From assembly GCA_964360605.1 (NCBI GenBank), contig CAYHXN010000001.1, positions 15,494 to 79,387 of the forward strand: DNA of 63,894 bases. The letters run 5' to 3'. Within the stretch, counting starts at the first letter, position 1. The number at the start of each line of letters is the position of its first letter. This stretch comes from an uncultured Candidatus Saccharibacteria bacterium (GTDB lineage: Bacteria; Patescibacteriota; Minisyncoccia; UBA6257; WO2-44-18). This document shows positions 8,173 to 16,999 of this stretch, piece by piece. The position numbers and the translations under genes are program-made. Under the pieces are notes generated by a model. That model worked only from the letters and a program-made list of their open reading frames with translations, ran no database searches and was not told the DNA's origin.

Positions 8173-8256
8173 CTAATTACGAATAAGTACCAATTAGGCT
8201 AATGGTAAATACTAATGCTATTAGTCATTAGCTTAATTAGCATCATTAGTAATTAG
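8173..8256. repeat. Dense cluster of the pentamer CTAAT/ATTAG (9 copies in 84 nt)
   Basis: Direct count. CTAAT starts at 8173, 8199 and 8212. ATTAG starts at 8193, 8220, 8227, 8236, 8245 and 8252, and the last five are spaced 7, 9, 9 and 7 nt apart. The cluster fills the gap between the 2-hydroxyacid dehydrogenase stop and the cupin start. Confidence 0.7.
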
Positions 8257-9187
8257 TATTGAAGTGTTTTTTAACCAAATCCGCGATAAATTCTTCGGTG
8301 ATTTGCATCGCGTCATAGGTCGCCCCGCCGATATGAGGAACAACGATTAAGTTGTACTGACCGCTTTTTGTCATCTGCCAAAGTTCGCTTTTGGGGAGAT
8401 GCGCGCCACTGCCATCCTCGTCCCACATCACATCCACCGCCGCACCAGCGATCCATTTGTTTTTTAAAGCCATCTCTAGCGCCCCTATTTCCACTATTTC
8501 CGCGCGAGCCGTGTTCACTAAGTAAGCCGTGGGCTTCATCGTTTTTAAATGATTTTCTTTAACCAAGTTTTTTGTATCATCAGTTAATAAAACGTGCAAT
8601 GAAATCACGTCCGATTGCTTAAAAAGTTCTTCCATGGAAACTTTCTCAACACCATAACGCATCATAGTGGCGGCATCTATGTGAGGGTCGGCGGCGATCA
8701 CTTTCATGTCCATTGCTTTCCCATACCGAGCAACCATTTTACCAAGCCGCCCCAAACCTAAAATACCTAAAGTCTGTCCGGCTAACTGATAGCCCTTAAA
8801 TTGATCGCGATCCCAACCACCGGCTTTAACGTGTTCGTAAGCCTGTGGAATTTTTCTAACTAAAGCCAGGATCAGTCCCAAAGTTTCTTCTGCCGTGGAA
8901 GTAATCTTGTCCAAAAAATCTGTGTGTCCGCGTAAAGAAATTATTTTAATCCCCCGCTTTTCCGCCTCAACAATATCTATATGATTCAAGCCAGTGGTGG
9001 GCGAAGCGATGATTTTTAAGTTGGGCATTTTATCCATCCAGGATTTATCAATCTTATATTTTAGACGGACCACTACAATTTCGGTATCAACTGTCGGCTC
9101 GCCGCCCAAAACTACTTCACCGAGAGATTTATAAATCTCAATGGCCTTAGGAGAATAATCTTGCGGTTCTGTAATAAGTATTTTCAT
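8246..9187 (-). CDS. D-isomer-specific 2-hydroxyacid dehydrogenase family (phosphoglycerate-dehydrogenase-like)
   Basis: GQTLGILGLGRLGKMVARYGKAMDMKVIAADP NAD-binding motif, plus LVNTARAEIV and VPHIGGAT. Confidence 0.85.
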   Translation of the reverse strand: MKILITEPQDYSPKAIEIYKSLGEVVLGGEPTVDTEIVVVRLKYKIDKSWMDKMPNLKIIASPTTGLNHIDIVEAEKRGIKIISLRGHTDFLDKITSTAEETLGLILALVRKIPQAYEHVKAGGWDRDQFKGYQLAGQTLGILGLGRLGKMVARYGKAMDMKVIAADPHIDAATMMRYGVEKVSMEELFKQSDVISLHVLLTDDTKNLVKENHLKTMKPTAYLVNTARAEIVEIGALEMALKNKWIAGAAVDVMWDEDGSGAHLPKSELWQMTKSGQYNLIVVPHIGGATYDAMQITEEFIADLVKKHFNTNY

Positions 9188-9192
9188 AGAAG

Positions 9193-9220
9193 TTCCTAAT
9201 TCCTAATTCCTAATTCCTAA
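9193..9220. repeat. Perfect tandem heptamer (TTCCTAA)x4, which is (TTAGGAA)x4 on the coding strand
   Basis: Read directly. It spans the neuA1 stop codon (9203..9205), encodes the C-terminus ...LGIRN*, and ends 6 nt upstream of the ATG of 8246..9187. Each unit carries an SD-like AGGAA. Confidence 0.9.
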
Positions 9221-9943
9221 TTTATGTAATGCCTTTTCCGCTTCGTCCCAATCCGCTGGAACATTAATGTCGCAAACATATTTTAGATCAATCAAAAGCG
9301 GCGCGGTTTTTTCTCCATAAAAATTCGGATTCTCCGAATGAAACAATAAATCGGTTTTGAAAAGATAAACTGAACCGACACTCCAGTAAGATTTTTCCAA
9401 ATCCTGGCGACGAGCTACTCGTTTATAAATTGGCTCACCGGCCGGCATTATCAATTTCAATGTCCCCGATCCATCTAAAACCATAGCTTTACGGTGATGA
9501 AAATTTTCCGGTATCTCCGAAACGCTCAAAACCGAGTCGGCGCCGGTTTTTTTAATTAACTCCACCGCTTCTTTTATCTGAAACGCCTGCCGAAGAGGCG
9601 AAGTCGGCTGGAGAATCATCACGTAATCCGGATTATATTTTTCGTTTTCTTTCAGCCATCGAACAGCGTGTTGCATTACCGGCAGATGAGCGCTTTTGTC
9701 TTCGGCTAAATCTTTTGGACGCATAAATGGCACTTCGCAACCATATTCGCGACCAATTTTGGCAATCGCTTCGTCGTCGGTGGAAAGAATAAGACGATCA
9801 ATGGCGCCGGATTGCTTTGCCGCCTCAATGGTATAAGCAATTAGCGGCTTACCTAAAAGCGGTTTGATATTTTTCCCCGGAATTCCTTTAGAACCGCCGC
9901 GGGCGGTGATAACTCCTAAGACTTTAACTATTGGTTTTTTCAT
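9203..9943 (-). CDS. neuA: Acylneuraminate cytidylyltransferase (CMP-nonulosonic acid synthetase), copy 1
   Basis: VLGVITARGGSKGIPGKNIKPLLGKPLIAYTIEAAKQSGAIDRLILSTDD...QPTSPLR is the classic CTP_transf_3 pattern. Confidence 0.9.
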   Translation of the reverse strand: MKKPIVKVLGVITARGGSKGIPGKNIKPLLGKPLIAYTIEAAKQSGAIDRLILSTDDEAIAKIGREYGCEVPFMRPKDLAEDKSAHLPVMQHAVRWLKENEKYNPDYVMILQPTSPLRQAFQIKEAVELIKKTGADSVLSVSEIPENFHHRKAMVLDGSGTLKLIMPAGEPIYKRVARRQDLEKSYWSVGSVYLFKTDLLFHSENPNFYGEKTAPLLIDLKYVCDINVPADWDEAEKALHKLGIRN

Positions 9944-11105
9944 AAAAACGTTTTTGCGAATACAGTTTAGTCTTACTCAAAACCTCCATTATTTTTTTAC
10001 TGGTGCCAGGCCTGTAATAAATATTAGATTTTGGATACGCTCCGTGAGTAATCTGTTTTTGGATTGCTTTTTTAATTTCTTGTTTGTTGTAACCGACATC
10101 TAAAACGTTTGGTCCACGCAGGCGACCATTCTGACGACTTCCGATATTTACTACCGGCACACCCAGAAAAGAACATTCTTTAATACCGGCGGAAGAGTTA
10201 CCGACAAGAACGCTCGATCGCCGCAAAAGAGCAACGAAATCCTCCGGAAGTAAGTCGGTGATGAATCGGATTTTTTTGTTTTTCAATTTTCCTTGCTCGC
10301 GATAAACACGAATGGCTTTGGAAATTTCATTAGTACCAGCATCGCTGTTGGGCCAAAAAACGACTGTCGGCAAATTTATATCATCAACGGCTTCTAGGGT
10401 CATTTCCATATTCCGACGATTATTTTTCTCCGTAGTCACGGGGTGCTGCATCAACATTAAAAATGGCTTCTTCGTATCTATTTGAGCGCCTAAACCGCTT
10501 TTATTAACCAATCCCCCGTCCAACTTCGGGTCAACTAAAGAAGCAAATTCCGTATCCGGAGACCCGACATTAAACACGTTCCGCGGGTTTTCTCCCATCT
10601 GAATCACTCGACGACGCGCGTCTTCGTTGGTCACAAAATGAATATGCGAAAGCTTAGTAATAGCGTGCCGAACACTCTCATCGATTGTGCCAGTCAAATC
10701 TCCCCCCTCTAAATGCGCCACGGTTTTATTTAAATAAGCCGATACCATCGCTACTGCTAATTGTTCAAAACGATCCCCACGAATCAAAACAATGTCCGGA
10801 TTAAGTTTGTACAAAGAATTAGCGAATTCCAGCGCGGTCAATCCGGCGGTCTTGGCCATCGTTATGTGACTTCCTCCGTCAATAACATTAAAAAGCGTCT
10901 CGTTCACGGTAAATCCCGCCTCCCGCATGGCAGGTAAAAAACGCTCCCCGTATTTATCCAATAAGATTGAGCCCCCAGCCACTAATTGAAGCTCTAACCG
11001 AGGGTTTTTCTGAAGAAGCGATAAAAGACGCTTTTGCCTGGCGTAGTGAATACGACTCATGATTGGGAAGCAAATTTTACGTTTCTCTTTGGTTTTTTTA
11101 GACAT
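9924..11105 (-). CDS. neuC: UDP-N-acetylglucosamine 2-epimerase, NeuC-like (probably hydrolysing)
   Basis: 393 aa with VAHLEGGDLTGTIDESVRHAITKLSHIHFV and GNSSAGIKECSFLGVPVVNIGSRQ. It overlaps neuA1 by 20 nt. Confidence 0.8.
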   Translation of the reverse strand: MSKKTKEKRKICFPIMSRIHYARQKRLLSLLQKNPRLELQLVAGGSILLDKYGERFLPAMREAGFTVNETLFNVIDGGSHITMAKTAGLTALEFANSLYKLNPDIVLIRGDRFEQLAVAMVSAYLNKTVAHLEGGDLTGTIDESVRHAITKLSHIHFVTNEDARRRVIQMGENPRNVFNVGSPDTEFASLVDPKLDGGLVNKSGLGAQIDTKKPFLMLMQHPVTTEKNNRRNMEMTLEAVDDINLPTVVFWPNSDAGTNEISKAIRVYREQGKLKNKKIRFITDLLPEDFVALLRRSSVLVGNSSAGIKECSFLGVPVVNIGSRQNGRLRGPNVLDVGYNKQEIKKAIQKQITHGAYPKSNIYYRPGTSKKIMEVLSKTKLYSQKRFYEKTNS

Positions 11106-11156
11106 ATTTTAAGTATCTCTATATAAACGTAAAAAACCGCAATAGTCAAAGCAGGT

Positions 11157-12470
11157 TTAAAGAGCCTGCTCCCCTTCTTTAGTAACAAGATGGGGATAGG
11201 GCATTGGGAAAAACAGCCGCCCACCCATTTTTAAGTACTCTTTTTCGCGCTTTATCAGCTCGTCTTTAAAAAACCAAATGAGAACGAGCATGCTTGCTGG
11301 ATTCATTGCCCGCGCCGTTTCTTCAGAAATGAGTTCAATATCCGTACCCAAGGTTCGCAAGCCAACTTTTTCCGGATTCCGCTCGCTGATGCATGGAAGC
11401 AGATCTTTGGTAATATTAAAAAATTGGATTAAGACATTTCCTTTAGTGGAAGCTCCCAAACCGATAACGCTTCGTCCAGCTTGCTTCTCTTCCAAAAGAA
11501 ATTGCAGAGTTTTATTTTTGAGCTCATCAATTTTTTTAGAAAATTCCTTATAAGGTTCCGGGCTGATCAAATTCATTGCATCTTCTGTGGCGTAAATTTT
11601 CTTCAGATTTTCTGACGGCGAACGTTCGGAATTCCGATGCGCCGCAAAAACTCTCAAACTGCCACCGTTTACATCGTTCAAGGAAGCGTCAAAAATTTCC
11701 AAATCATGCCGTTTAAGCAAATTTTCCAAAGCCCGTATTGTGTAATACTCCAAATGCTCGTGGCAAACATCATAAAAATTGAGTGTCTTTAGAGAAGTTG
11801 GTAAATAACTTAACTGAATACACCAAACACCATCAGGAGCCAAAATAGATTTTACTTCATTAACAAAAGCATTTGGGTCATCAAGATCGTAAAACATGGC
11901 CACGGAGGTGATTGCTTTAAACAAAACATTACCGGCTGTTTTTTGAACACTGGTTTTGGAAAAATAATCAGTAATTATTTTACAGTCCGCGTCTAAGGCC
12001 ACCGGAGTAATATTGGTAGCCGGATCAATACCGATTTTTTTAACACCGGCGGGAAAATAATTTAGCATTGTTCCATCATTGCAACCGATGTCTAGAATCC
12101 AATCTCCCGCATCCAACCGAACTTTGGAGTTAAGGTCATTGACTAAATCCTTTAACGCTTCCCGCATCATGGGATTGGTTTGGGAACGATAAAAATAATT
12201 TCGGTACATTAAATCCCGCTCTACTGTTTCCCTAAGCTGAACTAAACCGCAATCGCGGCAAAGCATAACTATCAAAGGAATTTTAATTTTTGCTAAATCG
12301 TTATTTTCATTACTTTTTACGAAAGCCGAAGCTAAATACTGCTCTCCAAAATTAAGAACTTCCGTCAAATTAGGATTTTTACAAATACGGCAGGCACCAA
12401 TGTTTTGATAATAATTTTTCACAGTTATCTTTTGAAAATTTCTTTCACAAGAACCATAAGTATCTCCCAT
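11157..12470 (-). CDS. SAM-dependent sugar C-methyltransferase-like enzyme (Zn-ribbon N-terminus, class I MTase, C-methyltransferase C-terminal domain)
   Basis: CRICKNPNL...CRDCGLVQL zinc-ribbon pair, then the ILDIGCNDG SAM motif and a long C-terminal domain, as in NDP-hexose C-methyltransferases. Confidence 0.7.
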   Translation of the reverse strand: MGDTYGSCERNFQKITVKNYYQNIGACRICKNPNLTEVLNFGEQYLASAFVKSNENNDLAKIKIPLIVMLCRDCGLVQLRETVERDLMYRNYFYRSQTNPMMREALKDLVNDLNSKVRLDAGDWILDIGCNDGTMLNYFPAGVKKIGIDPATNITPVALDADCKIITDYFSKTSVQKTAGNVLFKAITSVAMFYDLDDPNAFVNEVKSILAPDGVWCIQLSYLPTSLKTLNFYDVCHEHLEYYTIRALENLLKRHDLEIFDASLNDVNGGSLRVFAAHRNSERSPSENLKKIYATEDAMNLISPEPYKEFSKKIDELKNKTLQFLLEEKQAGRSVIGLGASTKGNVLIQFFNITKDLLPCISERNPEKVGLRTLGTDIELISEETARAMNPASMLVLIWFFKDELIKREKEYLKMGGRLFFPMPYPHLVTKEGEQAL

Positions 12471-13090
12471 CCGGTTTTAAACGGTTTCATCTTGCGCACT
12501 CCGCCGATTCTTTCCGGTTCGTCGGCGGGAATTTCCGCTATTTTTAATTTCTTCTTCGCGAATTGGATTGGCATTTGAATTGACCAAGATAATCCCAAAG
12601 CATTCATATTCAACCGTCGAAACGCATCTTTACGATAGCCGCGAAATCCCACTAAAACATCGGTATAAGTAGCGCCAAACAAAAAATTTACCAGTTTAGT
12701 AAACGCCCAGTTGCCCTTAGAAGTTAAAAAGTCGTCGTCATAGCTTTTGGCCCCGGCTTTATAACGTGAAGCAATTACAAAATCATATCCTTCCGCGAGC
12801 TTAGCGACCACTTCCGGTATTTTTTCTGGCAATGAATTGCCGTCAGGAGGGAACTCAATCACGAAATCTCCCGTCGCGATTTCCGACCCTTGTTTCATGC
12901 CCGTTCCATAGCCCCGACCGCGTTGAGCGTGCACTAAATAACCTTGCTCTTTGCAATATTCAATAGTGCCGTCGGTAGATCCTCCATCCACAACAATAAT
13001 TTCGTCAACCCATTCCTTTTTAATTTTAGGCAAAACCGCCTGAACAGCCGTTATTTCATTAAGAGTTGGGGCCAATAAAGTTACTTTCAT
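12425..13090 (-). CDS. Family 2 glycosyltransferase, soluble DPM1/polyprenyl-phosphate-sugar-synthase-like
   Basis: [12 protein letters not shown]...IIVVDGGSTDGT...GDFVIEFPPDGN. Start chosen at MKV (13090). There are no C-terminal TM helices. Confidence 0.75.
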   Translation of the reverse strand: MKVTLLAPTLNEITAVQAVLPKIKKEWVDEIIVVDGGSTDGTIEYCKEQGYLVHAQRGRGYGTGMKQGSEIATGDFVIEFPPDGNSLPEKIPEVVAKLAEGYDFVIASRYKAGAKSYDDDFLTSKGNWAFTKLVNFLFGATYTDVLVGFRGYRKDAFRRLNMNALGLSWSIQMPIQFAKKKLKIAEIPADEPERIGGVRKMKPFKTGWEILMVLVKEIFKR

Positions 13091-14066
13091 GTTTAATCCT
13101 TTCCAATTTATACCAATCAATAGTTTTTTGCAATCCTTTTTCTAACGAAAACACGGCCTGAAATCCAATTTTTTCTTTAGCCTTTCTAGTATCACAAGTG
13201 CGGCGTGGCTGACCGTCCGGCTTGGAAGTATCAAAAAGGATTTTTGCCTGACTGCCAGTTAATTTCAATAATAATTTTGCCAACTCACCAATAGTTATTT
13301 CTTCGCTACTGCCGATGTTTAACGGATCCGCGACGGCGTATTTCTCGCAAGTCTCCAACAGTCCCCTAGCAAAATCTTCCACAAAAAGAAAAGAGCGTGT
13401 TTGGTTTCCGCTCCCCCAAACCGTTAAGGGATTATCGCCATCAAAAACGCGTTTAATTAGTCCCGGAATCACGTGTTGAAACGGAGCAAAAAAATCATCG
13501 CGGGGGCCATAACAATTATAGGGACGGGCGATTGCCACCTTCATTCCAAATTCTTCCGCGTAAGCGTGACCAAGATACTCCGCCATGCGTTTTGACCAAC
13601 CGTATCCGGCATTAGCCGACTCTGGTTGGTCCTTAAACCCTTCCTCTTCTGGAGTCGGATGAGAAGTATCGCGCGGATAAACACAAGCAGAACTAACCAC
13701 TAAAAATCTTTCTACCTTAGCGTCTTTAGCAGAATCAATAACTGTTAAAAACATTCGCATGTTATCACGAAACAAACTAGCGTGATGTTGCATGCTATGC
13801 GCGATACCGCCCCCTTTAGCAGCGGCTAAATTTAGAACAATTTCCTGACCGCGCATTAGACGGTCAACCGAAGGCCGATCAGCTAAATCAGCTTCCACTA
13901 AATTAATCTGTTTGCGAACCGATTCTAAAAATCCTGCCGATGAACCGGGAAAAACCGGTACCGTTACCTTAGCGCCTTGTCCTACTAATATTTCTACTAA
14001 ATGGCTACCAACAAAACCGGCGCCGCCGGTCACCAATATTTTTTTGCCGCTATAAAACAAGGCCAT
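13059..14066 (-). CDS. Extended-SDR NAD-dependent epimerase/reductase, GDP-fucose-synthase-like
   Basis: [26 protein letters not shown] (YxxxK) and [22 protein letters not shown]. It overlaps gmd by 17 nt. Confidence 0.8.
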   Translation of the reverse strand: MALFYSGKKILVTGGAGFVGSHLVEILVGQGAKVTVPVFPGSSAGFLESVRKQINLVEADLADRPSVDRLMRGQEIVLNLAAAKGGGIAHSMQHHASLFRDNMRMFLTVIDSAKDAKVERFLVVSSACVYPRDTSHPTPEEEGFKDQPESANAGYGWSKRMAEYLGHAYAEEFGMKVAIARPYNCYGPRDDFFAPFQHVIPGLIKRVFDGDNPLTVWGSGNQTRSFLFVEDFARGLLETCEKYAVADPLNIGSSEEITIGELAKLLLKLTGSQAKILFDTSKPDGQPRRTCDTRKAKEKIGFQAVFSLEKGLQKTIDWYKLERIKHESNFIGPNS

Positions 14067-15036
14067 GTTCTTTGAAATCGTGTTCCAACATGATCTTTAT
14101 TAAACTTTTAAACTTTACTTTCGGTTCCCAGCCCAACTTGTTTTTCGCCTTAGAATAATCGCCGCGCAATTCCGGCGTTTCTGATGGCCGGTGATAACGT
14201 GGATCAATTTCCACGCATTGCTTCCAATCCATTCCGGCCAACTTAAAAGATTCTTCCACAAATTCTCTAACGGTATGGGATTCTCCGGTTGCCACAACAT
14301 AGTCATCCGGTTCCGGCTGTTGGAGCATCAACCACATCGCTTCCACATATTCCGGCGCGTAACCCCAATCCCGAATGGCATCTAAGTTTCCCAAATACAA
14401 TTTTTTATCTAACCCAGCCTTTATCCGGGCAACACCGTTAGTAATCTTTTTGGAAACGAAGCTTTCTCCGCGCCGCGGGGACTCATGATTAAACAAAATC
14501 CCGTTCACGATAAACAGGCCGTAGGCCTCCCGATAATTTTTAGCAATCCAATAAGAAAATGCCTTAGCGCAAGCGTAAGGACTACGCGGGTGAAAAGGCG
14601 TATTTTCATTCTGCGGACTTTGTTTTGCCAAACCAAACATTTCCGAAGAAGAAGCTTGATAAAATTTGGTTTTAAGACCACTTTCACGAATTGCCTCCAA
14701 TAAACGCAAAGTTCCCAACGCCGTAATGTCGGTGGTGTATTCCGGAATGTCAAAACTCACCCGTACATGACTTTGAGCGCCAAGATTATAAATTTCATCC
14801 GGCTGGATTTTTTGCAATAAACGGGCCAAAGAACTCCCGTCGGCCAAATCTCCGTAATGCAAATGTAAACGGCTATCCGAATCATGGAGCCGATGCGGAA
14901 TATGACTAATACGCTTGGTATTAAAAGAACTGGAGCGGCGCATTATACCGTGAACTTCATAACCCTTAGAAATAAGGAATTCCGCTAAATAGGAACCATC
15001 TTGTCCGGTAACTCCCGTAACAAAAGCTTTTTTCAT
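14050..15036 (-). CDS. gmd: GDP-mannose 4,6-dehydratase
   Basis: [43 protein letters not shown]..., [22 protein letters not shown] and [15 protein letters not shown] are highly characteristic. Confidence 0.92.
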   Translation of the reverse strand: MKKAFVTGVTGQDGSYLAEFLISKGYEVHGIMRRSSSFNTKRISHIPHRLHDSDSRLHLHYGDLADGSSLARLLQKIQPDEIYNLGAQSHVRVSFDIPEYTTDITALGTLRLLEAIRESGLKTKFYQASSSEMFGLAKQSPQNENTPFHPRSPYACAKAFSYWIAKNYREAYGLFIVNGILFNHESPRRGESFVSKKITNGVARIKAGLDKKLYLGNLDAIRDWGYAPEYVEAMWLMLQQPEPDDYVVATGESHTVREFVEESFKLAGMDWKQCVEIDPRYHRPSETPELRGDYSKAKNKLGWEPKVKFKSLIKIMLEHDFKEHGLVL

Positions 15037-15079
15037 ATATTGGGTATTGTGCTATCTAGATAAGAATCGGTCAAGCGAA

Positions 15080-16978
15080 TTAACGACGGATCGCGTAAAT
15101 TTTAACAAGGGAATTCTTATAGATCAACGAGAGCCCCGAGTCATTTTCTAAGGAACGAATGGCTAACTGCTCCTCCATAGGTCCTACAAAAACATAATCT
15201 GCTGGCACCGCTTGCCAATTAACTTTCAAATCTTGATAACGCCTAATCAATTCTTCAATTTTTTCCCCGCGCTTCTTGGTAATAATCTCACGATCCGCTC
15301 CAGACAAAAACTGGTGGAAAGAACCATAGCGGCTAGGGAAATAATTTCCGTAAAGATTGCCGAAACTGTCGTTTAAATTACTCCCCTTGTCTGGAAAACA
15401 TTCATAACTTTCACAACCGGCATCTAATTGGCCGGCCAACCGTTTACGCAAAGTTTCTCCCGAAACCCCAAAAAGTTTGTGGCTAGTCAGATACCGGTCT
15501 TCCATTTCTTGCATACTCATTAAGGTGGTAAACGCTGTCGGCAGATACGGCCGCGCGGCTGTGTGACTGGTTAAATAAAACGAGGTCATAGTTGAAGGAG
15601 AAATAATTTTTGGCTCGCCGGGAATGTTTTCTTTAATCCAATCCCACGATTCGGCAACTTCACCGGGGAAACGATAATAATCAACCAAATGCGACTGAAG
15701 GCAGCAGTTTATATAAACAATGTTCACTATTTTTTTAGTAATCAGCATCGCGCTTAAAACTAAAAAGATTCCAACAATAATTTTTTCCGCCGACCGCCAG
15801 CGTGCTTCTATCCGCTTTATAATTTCAAAAATCACAGCGAAGGAAACTATAAAAATTGCTGGCGCAATCGGTCGGCGGAAAAAATGAGGCACCGGAGAAA
15901 AACCGGCTACCAGCTGAACGTTCCAGACTAAAAACATGGCTGAGATTAAAGCCAAAAGGAAAATGGCCATGTTTTTATCTCGCCGCCAAAACGTCGCCCA
16001 AACGACTACCGCTAACCCGATGTAAAAAGCATAATCAGCTAAATTACCGACATCTATTCCCACTACCCGCCCGAAGGCCACGCCAGCTCGGTAAGTAAAA
16101 TCAGAAGAGGTCGGCAAAGCGCTGAATTGCAAATATCCGACTACGTAAGGCAGAATCGCGATCGCGAACGCAATCAAAAACCAGATAAAATACCTCAAGC
16201 GATTTGGGTCATACTTGCGGAAAATTAACGAATAAACAAAAAGTGTCCCCCAAGCAATAGTCCAATAAACCCAGTGATGAAAATAGGTGTAAAAAATTAG
16301 TCCAGAAAAAATTCCCGCCCAAACTGCTTTTACCCGGCTCGGTGAACGCCAAAATAAAAAGAATAATGCGATAGCGGCAAGATAAATCGGATAAGTCAAA
16401 AGAGGTTCGTCAACTCGGGCAAGATAAAGCTGGTCAAATTGGGTGCGAACAAACGGAAAAAAGTTATTCAAAAAAAACGCCTGAAACTCCGCTAAGCCCT
16501 GCCACTTATAAAAAGGAAGTTTTAAGACAATCGGCGTTAGCGTCCCCGTCAATCCGAGGAACAAAGCTTTGGCGCGAGAAGCGGTAAAAAGCCAGCCCAG
16601 CCAGTAAAAAAGCGCGAAGATTGCCCCAACAAAGAAAAACTGCGCGCCCAGATAAGCCGAATCAGTATTTCCACCAAACAAAACTAGAAAGGGAGCGAAT
16701 AAAGCCGGCGGCAAAGGATTTTGAACAGTGGGCAATTGATGATCGCCGTAAAGTTCCGATGGCGGAAAATGCCCTTCGTAAACTTCCCGAGCCCTACCCA
16801 AATATGCCTGCAAAGAATCACGATAAGTTTTATATTGCGCTAAAACAAAACGCTGGCCGTTTTCTTCAAAATTCCTTTTCACCGCTAGAGGCGGACCAAT
16901 ATAAACAAAACCGACTGACACGGCAGCCACGATTACTAAAATTAAATGGGGTTTAATGGCCTGAAAACTAAATCTCAT
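15080..16978 (-). CDS. Large polytopic membrane protein, paralog family A (GT-C-like glycosyltransferase candidate)
   Basis: 632 aa with more than 10 hydrophobic segments and a C-terminal soluble domain. A conserved first loop (REVYEGHFPPSELYGD) and the motifs FFPFVRT, ARVDEPL, FYTYFHHWVYW and VWNVQLVAGFSP are shared with 38680..40542 and 61364..63275. Confidence 0.55.
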   Translation of the reverse strand: MRFSFQAIKPHLILVIVAAVSVGFVYIGPPLAVKRNFEENGQRFVLAQYKTYRDSLQAYLGRAREVYEGHFPPSELYGDHQLPTVQNPLPPALFAPFLVLFGGNTDSAYLGAQFFFVGAIFALFYWLGWLFTASRAKALFLGLTGTLTPIVLKLPFYKWQGLAEFQAFFLNNFFPFVRTQFDQLYLARVDEPLLTYPIYLAAIALFFLFWRSPSRVKAVWAGIFSGLIFYTYFHHWVYWTIAWGTLFVYSLIFRKYDPNRLRYFIWFLIAFAIAILPYVVGYLQFSALPTSSDFTYRAGVAFGRVVGIDVGNLADYAFYIGLAVVVWATFWRRDKNMAIFLLALISAMFLVWNVQLVAGFSPVPHFFRRPIAPAIFIVSFAVIFEIIKRIEARWRSAEKIIVGIFLVLSAMLITKKIVNIVYINCCLQSHLVDYYRFPGEVAESWDWIKENIPGEPKIISPSTMTSFYLTSHTAARPYLPTAFTTLMSMQEMEDRYLTSHKLFGVSGETLRKRLAGQLDAGCESYECFPDKGSNLNDSFGNLYGNYFPSRYGSFHQFLSGADREIITKKRGEKIEELIRRYQDLKVNWQAVPADYVFVGPMEEQLAIRSLENDSGLSLIYKNSLVKIYAIRR

Positions 16979-16999
16979 ATTTGAGATGAACTCTAAGTT

